From the NCBI RefSeq assembly GCF_009914755.1, contig NC_060929.1: a stretch of 64,000 nt of DNA; one strand, 5' to 3'. This DNA comes from the human T2T-CHM13v2.0 reference genome, Homo sapiens. The notes under the pieces were generated by a model. That model worked only from the letters and a program-made list of their open reading frames with translations, had not been told where the DNA came from and did not search any database. The position numbers and the translations under genes are program-made. This document shows positions 12,490 to 25,922 of the stretch, one piece after another; within the stretch, counting starts at the first letter, position 1; every line of letters starts with the position of its first letter.

Positions 12490-13715
12490 TAAAACTGAGA
12501 AAATACATACCAGCAGCTCTGAACTAAAAGAAATATTAATAGGAGTTCTATAGGCCAAAAGGAGGTGTTCATGGAAGTATGTAATGTGGGAAAAAAGAAA
12601 GTTCATTGAAAACAGTAAATATAGGGTACATTTTTTAAACTGACTATTTAAAACAACAATAAAAATGTCTTATAATTTTAATAATATATGTAGAATTAAA
12701 ACGCATACAGTAGTATGGAAGACAGAAATGATGCTAACTAAAGGACTAAGTTAACTTAAGTAGACTGTAATGAGTGAAAGATGGATGCTATAATCCCTGG
12801 GTTAGCACTAGGTGAATTACAACAGAGGCCTAATTAATAAGGTAACAAAGAAGATAAATGAAAATGTTTTAAAAATTGTCATTGTTTAAAATTTTTATAA
12901 AGCAGGGATTAAAATAGAAACAAAGAATAGGTGAGACAACAGAAAAAGAAATACTAAGATGGTAGGTTTAAATTCAAATAATCCAGTAATTACACTAAAT
13001 GTAAATGGATTAAATACTCTAATAAGGACCAAGAAGGTTGAAAATAAAGATATGGGAAAAAAAGACCATCATAACACTAACCTGAAGAAAGTTGGTAGAG
13101 TTATACATAATATCAGATAAATTAAAACTTAATGCAAGAAATACTATTAAATATAAAAAGTGACATGTCATAATGATAAAAGGGTCAATTCATCAGGAAA
13201 ATAAAGATCTACATTCATCTAATTACATAGACCCAAAATATACAAAGCAAAAACTTCCAAGACTAAAAGCAGAAATAGACAAATACACAATCATAGAAGA
13301 TGTTAGCGCACCATTCTCATATCTGATTAAACATGAAAATAAAAAATTAGTAAGGGCATAGATGATTTCTCAACATGATTAAGAAATGACTTAATTGACG
13401 TTTATATAATAAAACACTACAGCCAACAACTGTAGAATGTATGTTCCTTTTAAGTACTCATGGAATATTCACCAAGGCCATATCCTGAATCATAACATTG
13501 TTTCAGCAAATTTCAAAGGGTTGAAGTCATACAGAACATGCATTCTGACCACAGAGAAACTGAATTAGGAATCAATATCAGACAAGTAACTAAAATATCC
13601 CTAAATATTTAAAAATAAGCAATATACTTTTAATAAACCCGTGGGTCTAAGGAGCAATCACAACAGAAATTTAAAAATATTTTGAAGTGAATAGTAATAA
13701 AAGTATTTCATTCCA
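12490..13715 (+). mobile_element. Old L1M fragment (end of ORF1 to ORF2 endonuclease region), degraded
   Basis: ORF 13173-13361 MIKGSIHQE...KYTKQKL..LKAEIDKYTIIED.SAPFS resembles the L1 ORF2 endonuclease. Also cattctgaccaca (SDH motif region) near 13541. L1 5'-like sequence may extend back to about 12090. Confidence 0.85.
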
Positions 13716-15458
13716 AAAGGAGCAATGAATAGGCTGAGCAATGATTGTTCTTTGTGAACAAAAATCATGGAAGAATTAAATAGCCCTGGGAAGTTTGAAG
13801 ATCTTGTTTTATTTATGGTGCAGGTACATCATGGATTTCACATACTGCGAGTTGATAAAACGATACTACAAGTTCTAACTTTATTTACATTTTTCTTTAT
13901 TCATTTGATATATTACTAATATAGGACTTCAGTACAAGATCATCCTGTTCATTTCCTGATTAGGTTATAAGTGAATCTGGATCCCACACCTCAAACCTGG
14001 AAAGCAGGATCTTCATGAAGCTGGGTGATTATGGGGCAGAGGAAATACTTTTCTGAAGTGCTTAACTGAGAATCATTCATTAAATGATGATTGGCCGTTT
14101 TCCCGCAGTAGCATTGCAGCTAATTAGTTTCATATTAACTTCATTAATGCTAGGTTTTGTATAGGCTTTCATTCCAGCAAGAACAACGAAGAACTGAATG
14201 ACTCAAGGCAAGGAACTGGATGCTTGTCAAACATAGATTGACAGTGTATTGGACTCGACACCTGATTATTTAGCTCTATTATCCATATCTAGATATGTGT
14301 GGCTTGCGGAAAGACCTTATTTTATGAGATATTCAAGTTCTTTCTTATTGGTTTATCAGTAAGGCAAAAATATACTTCAGGCTTATAAATATCTGGGTAT
14401 AATAGTTAGGTCAAAATGAAATATGATTAATTTCTGCATTCTAACTCTGGTTTCTGAGAATGGCCCAGGAAATCTCAAGAAAATGCTGATGGAACAGCAG
14501 GCATTCTAATGATGTAAATTAATATTGAAAACAGGACTTCATGATGGTGGAAACTGGATCCCTACCAAAAGGTTAACCAAGGAGCCATGTTGCATATCCC
14601 TTCATGACTTCAACAGTTTGTGTTGTTTGACTATTGCAATCTTGGGAGTCTGTGTAGTCATTACAACAATTTTAGCAATGATTCTTATGAGGAAATATCA
14701 TGGAAGATCTCCAATTAATTATTGATTTACCAACACCCACGAGGGTTAGCTTTTATCTTGTTCCTTACCCTAGACTTTTTGAATTATACGACTTTTGGAC
14801 ATCACTCAATATTTATTGGAAAGCCAAAATTGCTGGTGGTATGGAAGTTTCTCTACTTCTATATAGATCTCTCTAGGTGGCTGGTTTCTTGCATAGTCTG
14901 CGTTTAGCATTCTATAATGCAGATAACCTGAGGTGGCTCTCCAAATTCATCTACAGCATGAGTTTCCTGTGTGCTGCTTACTGTTTTCATATGAGGCTCG
15001 GTCTCTGTGATGGAGGGAGTATTTCTTTTAGAAGCTACCACGTAATTTTCTTTAGTATAGCATTATAGAATCTTACTAAGTAAAGCTGTTTCATGGAGGT
15101 TTATAAAAATGCAAATTTTGGTTTAGTCAAGAGGCTTCACTGAGAACACATTATTGTCATCCCACAATCCATCATGTAAGAAATCACACAAATTGAAATG
15201 GTAAAATAGATGCTATGTGCTGCAATATAAGCAGCCGTGTGTACACTGTGCATTTTGATTGCAAAATTTGAGTCTGAGGAAAATAACTGATCCTGCTGGT
15301 GGAAATATAATTCAAGCATCATTAGAAGTTTATCATATGCCTTAAGCAAAGGGGGCCACTATGAAGTCTGGAGTTAGTGGACAGTCAAGAGCAGAGGACA
15401 CTTCTTCCTAGGACTCTTTATTCATTTGCATCATTTTGTTTGCTTCAAAATAGAAATA

Positions 15459-15760
15459 AAGGCAGGAGGATAGCTTGAGCCCAGGAGTTTTAGACCAGCC
15501 TGGGCAATGTGGCAAACCTCTGTCTCTACAAAAATAAAAAAATAAAATTAAAAAATTAGCCAGGTGCAATGGCATGTGCCTGTAGTCTGCTAGTGAGGAA
15601 GCTGAGGTGGGAGGATTGTTTGAGCCGAGAAGTTTGAGGCTGCAGTCAGCTATGATCACACCACTGCACTCTAGTCTGACTGGCAGACACCACTGCACTC
15701 AAAATGCAAAATGCACTCTAGTCTGGGTGACAGAACAAGAACCTACCTCTAAAAAAAGAA
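15459..15760 (+). mobile_element. AluJ, 5'-truncated, with an internal ~47-bp patchwork insertion
   Basis: AluJ diagnostics gcttgagcccaggagtt and gaggctgcagtcagctatgatc. Right arm rearranged at 15679-15725. Confidence 0.9.
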
Positions 15761-15879
15761 AGCCCCTTTGCCTATAAATTCCATAGAGATGAACTGACTT
15801 CAAAATTTAATATGCCCTAAAACATCTATTGTGAGCACAGATTTAGCACAAGGGTCAGAGCCTGAGTCTAGTTTATTTA

Positions 15880-16010
15880 ATCAGTTCATTAAATAAACAT
15901 ATATTGAGGGCCAACTATGTACCAGGCACTGTAATAGGCACTAAGAATAAAGTATTGAACAAACGGACAAAGTACTGTCTCTGATGAAGGTTTAAAATTT
16001 AGTGGTAGGG
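15880..16010 (-). mobile_element. L2 3' end fragment
   Basis: ttcattaaataaacatatattgagggccaactatgtaccaggcactgt, the antisense L2 terminus. Confidence 0.75.
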
Positions 16011-17269
16011 AAGAATTGCTTATCAGTATTAGAGGGTGAATTTAGTTTCCTCTTTTCCGGCTTGTTTCTGTTTGCTGTTTTTCCCTGTTTTTTTTTTTTT
16101 TTAATAGGATCTAATTTTACCCCTATAATTTGTTGAGTGATAGAATTAAGGAGTAATGAACACTAATTCTTTCACTGATGCTAAAACCACTCTGGAAAAA
16201 TCCTGCCATAATTACTGCAGCAAACACTCCAAGATCTCAAATGAGCCACAGCAGGGAATCAAAGAGTAAACAAATCATGACAGCAACCCTTGCTGCTATG
16301 TAACAACTTGAAAGTCCCAGGATCTGTCATCTGAGAGGTTTTTGGATTCATTTCCAGAGAAATTTACCATTGGATAGAGGTGTTATTCAGCATGCTGAGT
16401 CCTAAAACTTGAGCCTGCCCAGCAAGTTGTGAGCTAATGGCTCCTACAGAGTGGCCTGTGTTTTTTTATTTGCAGTTGAGGACCATCATCTCAGTAACTC
16501 CTGTGTGAGCATAGGTGATGGTCAAACTGTTTAGCAACTGGGCTGTTTTGGGCACTGACCACTCAGAACAGATGTACCTGGCTGTGCTAGACAGGGGAAA
16601 GGAGATGCTTTCATTGCTGGCATTTTAATGGGGTCCAGGACACTATGGGGAGGGGATTTAGGAAGAAGGCTAAGCCAGCAGTGGAAGACATTTGGAAGCT
16701 TGGGGCAGTGGAATTTGCCAACTGAAACAGGAAGTATTTGGATAAATTGAAGGTATGGGATGATGGGGTATGCCTGGGTTGTAGGACATGGAAGACGTGA
16801 GTCTGGGGCCTGCTTAAGTTCATCCCTCAAAATGTCTTGCCTAGGGACCACTGTGATTTTCTAATAATAGCCCTTAATTCTACTCTAGATGATATCTTTT
16901 AAAGAACCTTTACTTTTTGAAAAAAGTAAAAACTTATTTTTTTGTGATGCAAAAAAGTCTCACTTAAGTGTGTATTTTGTCAATGTTGAATGCAAATGTA
17001 TTTATTTATTTTTTGCCCAGTCACAGCCCTCAGGTTGTTTAACATGAGGGGCTGGGGCAGCTTTGTGAAACGAGCCCCTAAAACCTCTAAACCGAGGAAG
17101 AGGTTAACAGTGCAAGCTACATGGTTTCAGAAAATGTGAGCATGTCCCGTGAGACTCAAGGCAGGCTCTTTATCTCAGAGGCATCTTAAATGCTGAAAGC
17201 AGGACACAGTGAACATTCAGTCTGTACTACAGTGACTGCAGGCATGACAGGGCCGTGAGCTGGAAGACC

Positions 17270-17715
17270 TGCCCAATGTCTTCCCTTTGCCTCTCCTGTC
17301 TTCACCCTTCCTGACCTGCAACCTGCTCTGAACTATGTGGACTGCATCTAGGGGCTCTCTTGCCTTCTGACTCCCAGGATGAGCTTGACCCACAGGGAGG
17401 CTTGGTAGGAGGTTGGAGGAAGGGAAGGAGTGAGGCTGAGGGTACTCATCTCCTTGCTGCCTGGCTGTCACCTTGGGCTGACTGAAGGTCACTGCTTCCC
17501 TCCAGATGGCCCTTTCTACAGAACTCTCCCTTCTGGGGTTGTGGTGACTGTCCCACCCTCTGACCCTTCCGACATGGGTTGGCTCTGGAACCGTACAGTT
17601 GCTAGCCCTGACACTCAATTCTCCTGTGGTTTTGAATACTCTGCTGACACCTTTGTAAAGAGTTCCATTGTCAAGCCCTTCTCAGTTTGTCCTGTTTCCT
17701 GTAGGGATCCTGCCC
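17270..17715 (+). mobile_element. ERVL LTR, LTR33-like
   Basis: ctatgtggactgcatctaggggctctcttgccttctgactccc and cacctttgtaaagagttcc match remembered LTR33 motifs. Confidence 0.7.
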
Positions 17716-18844
17716 TGTGGAGAAGACAAATCCCTCCTCCCGACTGATGCGGCAGCATGAGCTCCCTGTCCTCCCACCAGGCCATGCTACCTCTGACAAC
17801 AGTGGAGACTTTGTGTCTGTTTTTACTGCCGATGTACTTTGTCTTCTGGGGTTATAGAGGGGACTTGATTTGTTCTGAGGAAAATTTTATAGTATTTATT
17901 TAAGGAGAAATGAGTTCCGGCCCAGGAAATGGTTCTGTGAAAATGTAATAAATTCATTTTGACTTTTTAACCATATGGATAAGAAGATGGTTTCTGATAC
18001 TTAGGCTGTTGGGTTTAGATTTTTTTCTTTTTTTGGTTTGTGTGCTTTTTGTCTAGTGTTGCAATTGTTCTTAAGATGGTCTCTAGAAAAATTAGCCTTG
18101 AAAAACTTGTCTGGTTGGCAAAGCACATCTTGTTCCCACCCTTTGCCTCCACATTGTTCACTCGTTTTGTCCTGATTCAAACGTTCTCCTATCACTCTCC
18201 TCCCACTTGCCCCAGCCCATTTGTGGTATAATTTGCCAAGGTCTTGTTTTCCATGGACACCCACATACATGTTGGCTGATAAAATTCAACATCTCCCAGG
18301 AGTGGCTTCATTTTTACAAGAGCCTCTTACAATTTAGAAAAGCTTCACTGTGATGGTAGAATGGCAGGTGGAGAAAATGGAATTACTATTTTGGGTATAG
18401 GGTCCATTCATGCCCTGCTTTTTCTCTTCCTCAGCCTTGATCTTGTTCCCTGGGGAGTGAGTCAGTTTGGTGCAGAGGAAGTCAAAGCAGGTCTTCAGGA
18501 CCCCGCACAGCTCAGCTGAAAGAATCTGGCAGAATCATTTAGCAGCTCAAGGGGCAAGACTGACCTGAAGTCCAGGGCACTTTATTTAAGGAAAAAATTG
18601 GCAAACAAAATGCAAAACCTTGCCCTCCTCCAAGGCCTCTGGCAAGAGTGACCATCCAGTTCAGAAGCTAAATTCTTCCCTGTTTCTCTTTATTTTTGGC
18701 AACCAAAACTTTCCTGCCTCTTATGTCTTCAAAACACATCACATCCAATTGAAAGACACACTGATGCTTCAGTAAGCAAACTGTGAAATGAATGTGAAAG
18801 AAATAAATTATTGTTTATATGCATTCCTTTAAAGGGTAGTTTTT

Positions 18845-19500
<656 letters not shown>

Positions 19501-20147
19501 TGAAAACACCACAATTAAATTATTCACACCTGCTGATAGACAACAAAGTGTTTTCCATGCCTTTCTCTTTCAAACAACACTGCTGTGAACATTCTCTAGC
19601 TTGATGACAGGCCTGAATTAGATGCTGTCCTTTGCCTTATCCACCATTACTCCCTGTCTTCTACCTAGTTTTTCAATGAAACCCTCCCACTTGCCCCACA
19701 CCCAAGTCCCTCTACTTGGGCTCCTTGCCTCCTGTTGTATGACCAGAACCTTATTCCTATGACCTGTCTGGGGACCAGCCACCTTGACTTTACCCTTGTG
19801 AACTCTTTCAGGATGAATTTCTTGTCTCTGCCTTTCAGCTTCTGGGAGGAAATGTTGGGTAAGACCCCCACCCTGAGTACCACAAAGCCTGTGAGACTTG
19901 CTCTACTTGGACCAACTCCTTCTGGCTCACACTTGACAAGAGTGTAAGCTCAGAGAGGCAAGAATGGGTCTGACTTAGACAATATTATGTGCTCAGATCA
20001 TGTTAGGTATAATATAAGGATGGTTTAAAAGTTATTTTGTGACTTAGCAAATGAAATTCCCATACTTTTAGGTATCAGTTGTCTTGTAGACGTATCCCAA
20101 TTAAAGATAAATGGATGGACAGATGGATGGATAGATAGATAGATAGT

Positions 20148-20515
20148 TGATATGGTTTGGCTCTGTGTCCCCACCCAAATCTCATCTTGTAGCCCCCATA
20201 ATGCGCACGTGTTGTGGGAGGGACCTGGTGGGAAATAATTAAATAATGGGGGCGGGTATTTCCCATGCTGTTCTCATAATAGTGAATAATTCTCACAAGA
20301 TCTGATAGTTTTGAAAGCAGGAGTTTCCCTGCACAAGCTCTCTCTCTTTGCCTGCTGCCATTCATGTAAGACACAACTTGCTCCTCCTTGTCTTCCACCA
20401 CGATTGTGAGGCTTCCCCAGCCATATGGAACTGTAAGTCCATTACACCTGTTTCTTTTGTAAATTGCCCAGTCTCAGGTATGTCTTTATAAGCAGCGTGA
20501 GGACAGACTAATACA
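20148..20515 (+). mobile_element. THE1 MaLR solo LTR
   Basis: tgatatggtttggctctgtgtccccacccaaatctcatc...gacagactaataca, 368 bp, preceded by an ATGG/ATAG tetranucleotide run. Confidence 0.93.
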
Positions 20516-21422
20516 ATGATGGGTAGACAGATGTGTGCTAGGTCCAGTATATAGTGACTTACGGAGAGTGTAGATGTGGATGCCTTGGGAGAATCTGCTA
20601 AGCAAGGAGGAAAAGGCCTTTTGTAAACTTTGCCTGAAGAGTTTCTAAGAACAAGTCTCCTAAGCCTTAATATTTCAGAGGTAGTCCTGTGCCAAACTGT
20701 TCTGCAAGTGATGCCCACCTTGCTCTATGCATTTTTTCCAGTGTGAAGACTGGTCTTCTCAAATAGGATGCTATTCGTAAGGAAGACTTCACAAACTGCC
20801 CCCACTTCCTCCATATAATCAAGAATACACTTTCTCTAGCAACATCCTTCCACACTCACTTTCTTCTTCTTATTGTTCAACTATCAATGATCTTAGCACA
20901 CAAAGTTACAAGATACTGAGAGGCCAAAGGGGGAAAGGATCTAAGTCACCTGAAATCCCACTAAACAGGGACAGCTATTGTTAACATTTGGTGGTATATT
21001 CTTTGAGAATTTTTCCAGTATGAATATATATTTATTATATGTTATAATATTTCATGTAATATCATGTGTGTATATTAGATGTAAATAAACATATACACAC
21101 ATACGGATGCACATGCAGCCCCCATGTTTATCTGCCTGAGTGATTTGATAAAACTCAGTTGAGTCTTTCTGTACTGTCCCTTGTTATCATCTATTTGTCT
21201 CCCAATTTTCTGTGACTCATTCATCTCTTTGTTTATAACTTCTCCCACTTACCATTTTTTAAAGGCTTTTCCAAAAATCAAGGACTAATTTCAGTAGTTA
21301 CTAATCTGCTTCAAAAAAACCATCATTAATTCCAAGTTTAACATTTTTTAACTTTCTTTTTTATTTTAAAAATTCAGATAAATTTACATACCACAAACTC
21401 ACCCTTTTACAGTGTACAGTTC

Positions 21423-22391
21423 TGTGGGGAAAAGCAAGAGAGATCAGATTGTTACTGTGTCTGTGTAGAAAGAAGTAGACATAGGAGACTCCATTTTGTT
21501 CTGTACTAAGAAAAATTCTTCTGCCTTGAGATTCTGTTAATCTATAACCTTACCCCCAACCCCGTGCTCTCTGAAACATGTGCTGTGTCAAACTCAGAGT
21601 TAAATGGATTAAGGGCGGTGCAAGATGTGCTTTGTTAAACAGATGCTTGAAGGCAGCACGCTCCTTAAGAGTCATCACCACTCCCTAATCTCAAGTACCC
21701 AGGGACACAAAAACTGCGGAAGGCCGCAGGGACCTCTGCCTAGGAAAGCCAGGTATTGTCCAAGGTTTCTCCCCATGTGATAGTCTGAAATACGGCCTCG
21801 TGGGAAGGGAAAGACCTGACCGTCCCCCAGCCCGACACCCGTAAAGGGTCTGTGCTGAGGAGGATTAGTATAAGAGGAAGGCATGCCTCTTGCAGTTGAG
21901 ACAAGAGGAAGGCATCTGTCTCCTGCCTGTCCCTGGGCAATGGAATGTCTTGGTATAAAACCCGATTGTATGCTCCATCTACTGAGATAGGGAAAAACTG
22001 CCTTAGGGCTGGAGGTGGGACCTGCGGGCAGCAATACTGCTTTGTAAAGCATTGAGATGTTTATGTGTATGCATATCTAAAAGCACAGCACTTAATCCTT
22101 TACAGTGTCTATGATGCAAAGACCTTTGTTCACGTGTTTGTCTGCTGACCCTCTCCCCACAATTGTCTTGTGACCCTGACACCTCCCCCTCTTCGAGAAA
22201 CACCCACGAATGATCAATAAATACTAAGGGAACTCAGAGGCTGGCGGGATCCTCCATATGCTGAACGCTGGTTCCCCGGGTCCCCTTATTTCTTTCTCTA
22301 TACTTTGTCTCTGTGTCTTTTTCTTTCCTAAGTCTCTCGTTCCACCTTACGAGAAACACCCACAGGTGTGGAGGGGCAACCCACCCCTACA
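21423..22391 (+). mobile_element. HERV-K(HML-2) solo LTR, LTR5_Hs, full length (969 bp)
   Basis: tgtggggaaaagcaagagagatcag...ggggcaacccacccctaca with a perfect 6-bp TSD CAGTTC at 21417-21422 and 22392-22397. Confidence 0.97.
22114..22121 (+). promoter_or_regulatory. Octamer (OCT4-type) motif ATGCAAAG within LTR5_Hs
   Basis: Lies at LTR position 692-699, the position I recall for the LTR5_Hs OCT4 site. TATAAAA (21954-21960) and AATAAA (22216-22221) are also intact. Confidence 0.7.
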
Positions 22392-24832
22392 CAGTTCAGT
22401 GGTTTTTGGTATATTCACAAGGCTGTGGATCCATTACTACAATCAATTTTAAAACATTTTTTTCACCACCTAAGGAAACTAACCATCAGCCAGTCATTCC
22501 CCATCCCCACCTCTCCCCAGCCCCTGGCAAACACTCATCTACTTTTTGTCTGTATGGAATTCCCTATTCTGGACATATCATACACATGGAATCATAAAGT
22601 ATGTGGTCTTTTTTGACTGGTTTCCTTTACTTACCATAACATTTTTGAGGTTCATCTATGTTCTAGTATGTATCAGTACTTCACTCTTTTCTATGGCTGA
22701 ATCCTCGATTGTACAAATTACCACGTTTTGTTTATCTATTTATCCATTGATGGATATTTGAATTGTTTTCAAGTATGTGGACAGTGTGAATAGGGCTGCT
22801 ATAAACATTCATGTACAAGTATTTGCTTGAGTATCTGTTTTCAGTTTGGCGGATATATAGCTAGTAGTGGAATTGTTGGTTCACCTAGTAACTTTATGTT
22901 CAACCTTTTGAGGAACTGCCAGAATGTTTTCTGAAATGACTATTTCATTTCGCATGTCTACCAATAGTGTATGAGGGTTCTAAATTGTCCACATCCTTGC
23001 CAACACTGGTTATTGCCTGTCTTTTTTTTTTTTAATCATAGCCATCCTAGTGACTGTGAAGAGGTGACTCATTGTCGTTCTGATTTGCATTTCCCTAATT
23101 AGTAATGATGATGAGTATCTTTTCTTGTGCTTACTGGCCATTTCTATATCATTTTTTGAGAAATGTCTGTTCAGATCACTTTGCCCATTGTTAAACTGGG
23201 TTATCTTTTTATTATTGCAAGCTTAACTTTTTGAAACCAAATTTTTGCGACTCAGTTGCAAACTAGGCCTTCAGGAAAGATGATTTAAGAAGTATTTCTA
23301 CACACAGTAGATCTTCTTTGTCTTCTCACTTGCTCTTAGGAGCTGAGTATACTTGACTCTTATGTGTCATATACATATACTGAGTATCGGCAGTTTGCTC
23401 TGTAATTTACATGATTCATAGGGACTGAAGATAGACATATGGCCTATGAAGCAACTAGCTTGTAATCAGAATACACACTGGTAGAATTTGTCTGCGTGTA
23501 GAGAACTGCAAAATGTACACTGTATGTTCCTATAGAAACATTATAGGGAAGAGATGGTTGGGTTAACGGTATTAGTTATTACACTGTCTGCCATTACATA
23601 AAATGTAATGAACAGATGAAAACTAGCAAAGTTTGCTCTATGATAAATTTAGTATAACTGAGTCCCATTACCTCACTGAATTACGAAATGGAAGTATAGT
23701 CTGTTAGAGAAGATTTCTGTCTGTGAATAAATCAAAACCACATTTTAACAATGCACCAAACCTTTTTAGAAATACCATATTTTTTAAAAGTTATATTTAT
23801 GAAAAAAGTCACAAAGTACTATCAATATTAATATACTAGTTAAGTAAAAATTTAACAAAAAAGTGCAAATATAATCCAGTCCTGGAAATTCTATCTGTGT
23901 AAATACAGATCTCACTTTTCTTGAAGTTTTGAGATAGGATTTCTTAAAGTGTTTGTAACCTGGCTAAAGTTTTCAGGAATGGACATCTCCTCATGATGTC
24001 ATAGGCACTTCTGAGACCTTTAGAGTGACTTTTTAACCTTCCTTAACATAAATTCTTTTGTTGATTTTCACTATCCTCACAACAAAGGTCTCAAGGCTCT
24101 CTACACCTAAGGAGCCCTATCCCTCACAGAATCCCAACTACTCCTGATCTCAACCACATACCTCTTCATCTCACTACATACAGGCTGATCTCAAAATCTC
24201 TCCAGTTTTGAGAGAGAAAAACACCAATCCACACAGAAATGTGCCCACAGTGTCTAGCACATAGTGAGGGATCTGCAAATGTTTGCTGGGCAAATAAAAG
24301 GATATATTTGCCACGCGAAGCCTTGTTTCCTGTCTTGATTCATCTGTTCATCCCATCATTAAATATCCATATCTAAAAATTTTGCCCACCTGTCAGTATT
24401 TACTTTCTTTCTGTAGCTTCATCCATGCTGTAATTTTTTACTGATTGCTAGCTACAGGCCACGCGAATAAGGCAGTTGTGGTAATAGATGCGACATGGGC
24501 CCTGCTCTCATGAAGCTCCCAATTCAGCGTGGTGGGACAACAATAAGCAAGTGAGCAGGTACATTACTACCTGTGCCTCATTGCGAGTGCTCAGTGGGTC
24601 ACACAGTGACTTGATAACAGCACCTCTCTATGTTCCTCATACATATGACATTTGACATTTATTGCCTATCACACTGTACAGTTATTTAATTGCTTTTATG
24701 AAGGTATTGATATAGTTTGGATGTGTGTCCCCACCCAAATTTCATGTTGGATTATAATCCCCAGTGTTGGAGGTGGGGCCTGGTGGGAGGTGACTGGATC
24801 ATGGGTTTGGATTTCTTATGAGTGGTTTAGCA

Positions 24833-25364
24833 CAACAGTTCCCAAAGTTTTTGGCACCAGGGATTGGTTTTGTGGAAGACAATTTTTCCATGGACTGGGA
24901 CGGGGCAGAGAGGGGGTGGTTTTGGGATGATTCAAGCACATTACATTTATTGTGCACTTTATTTCTATTATTATTACCTTGTAATATTTAATGAAATAAT
25001 TATACAACTCACCATAATGTAAAATCAGTGGGAGTCCTGAGCTTGCTTTCCTGCAACTAGGCGGTCCCATTTGGGAGTGACGGGAGACAATGACCGATCA
25101 CCACGCATTATAGTCTCATAAGGAGTGTGCAACCTAGATCCCTCACATGTGCAGTTCACAATAGCGTTTGCACTCCTATGAGAATCTAATGCTGCTGCTG
25201 ATCTGACAGGAGGCTGAGCTCAGGCAGTAATGAGCGATGGGGAGCAGCTGTAAATACAAATGAAACTTTGCTTGCTTGCCCGCCACTCACCTCCTGCTGT
25301 GTGGCCTGGTTTCTAACAGGCCATGGACCAATACTGATCCGTGGCCTGGGGGTTGGGGACCTTG
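24833..25364 (+). mobile_element. MER1A hAT-Charlie DNA transposon
   Basis: About 530 bp, caacagttcccaaagtttttggcaccaggga...ggttggggaccttg, with a perfect 8-bp TSD GTTTAGCA at 24825-24832 and 25365-25372. Confidence 0.9.
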
Positions 25365-25614
25365 GTTTAGCACCATTCCCTTGGTGCTCTCTTCGTGATA
25401 GTGAGTGACTTCTCATGAGATGTAGTTGTTTAAAAGTGTGTGGCACCTTGTTCTCTCTCTCACTCCTGCTTTGGCCATGTGACATACCTGTTGCCCCTTT
25501 GCCTTCTGCCATGATTGTAAGTTTCCCGAGGCCTCCACAGAAGCTGAACAGATGCCAGTATCATGCTTCCTGTATAGCCTGCAGAACCGTGAGCCAATTA
25601 AACCTCTTTTCTTT

Positions 25615-25922
25615 TCTTTCCCCCCCTTTTTTTTTTATTATACTTTAAATTCTAGGGTACATCTGCACAACGTGCAGGTTTGTTACACGTGTATACATGT
25701 GCCATGTTGGTGTGCTGCACCCATTAACTTGTCATTTACATTAGGTATATCTCCTAATGCTATCCCTCCCCACTCTCCCCACCCCATGACAGGCCCTGGT
25801 GTGTGAGGTTCCCCACCCTGTGTCCAAGTGTTCTCATTGTTCAATTCGCACCTATGAGTGAGAACATGCGGTGTTCTGTCCTTGTGATAGTTTGCTCAGA
25901 ATGATGGTTTCCAGCTTCATCC
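25615..25922 (-). mobile_element. Young L1PA 3' end inserted in the MST LTR
   Basis: Antisense L1PA 3' UTR, flanked by a duplicated acctctttt(c/t)tt target site. Confidence 0.93.

Larger units (their letters stand above)
21350..23220 (-). mobile_element. L1M (L1MB/MC-like) 3' region, interrupted by LTR5_Hs
   Basis: acagtgtacagttc|agtggtttttggtatattcaca reads through across the LTR. Also tttgaggaactgccagaatgtttt and gatttgcatttccctaat. Confidence 0.88.

Noticed and set aside
13173-13361. Endonuclease-like ORF
   Set aside because: It is a decayed L1 ORF2 fragment surrounded by stops and frameshifts, not a functional gene.
21423-22391. HERV-K provirus or viral coding sequence
   Set aside because: The TSD directly flanks a single LTR, with no primer-binding site, gag, pol or env.
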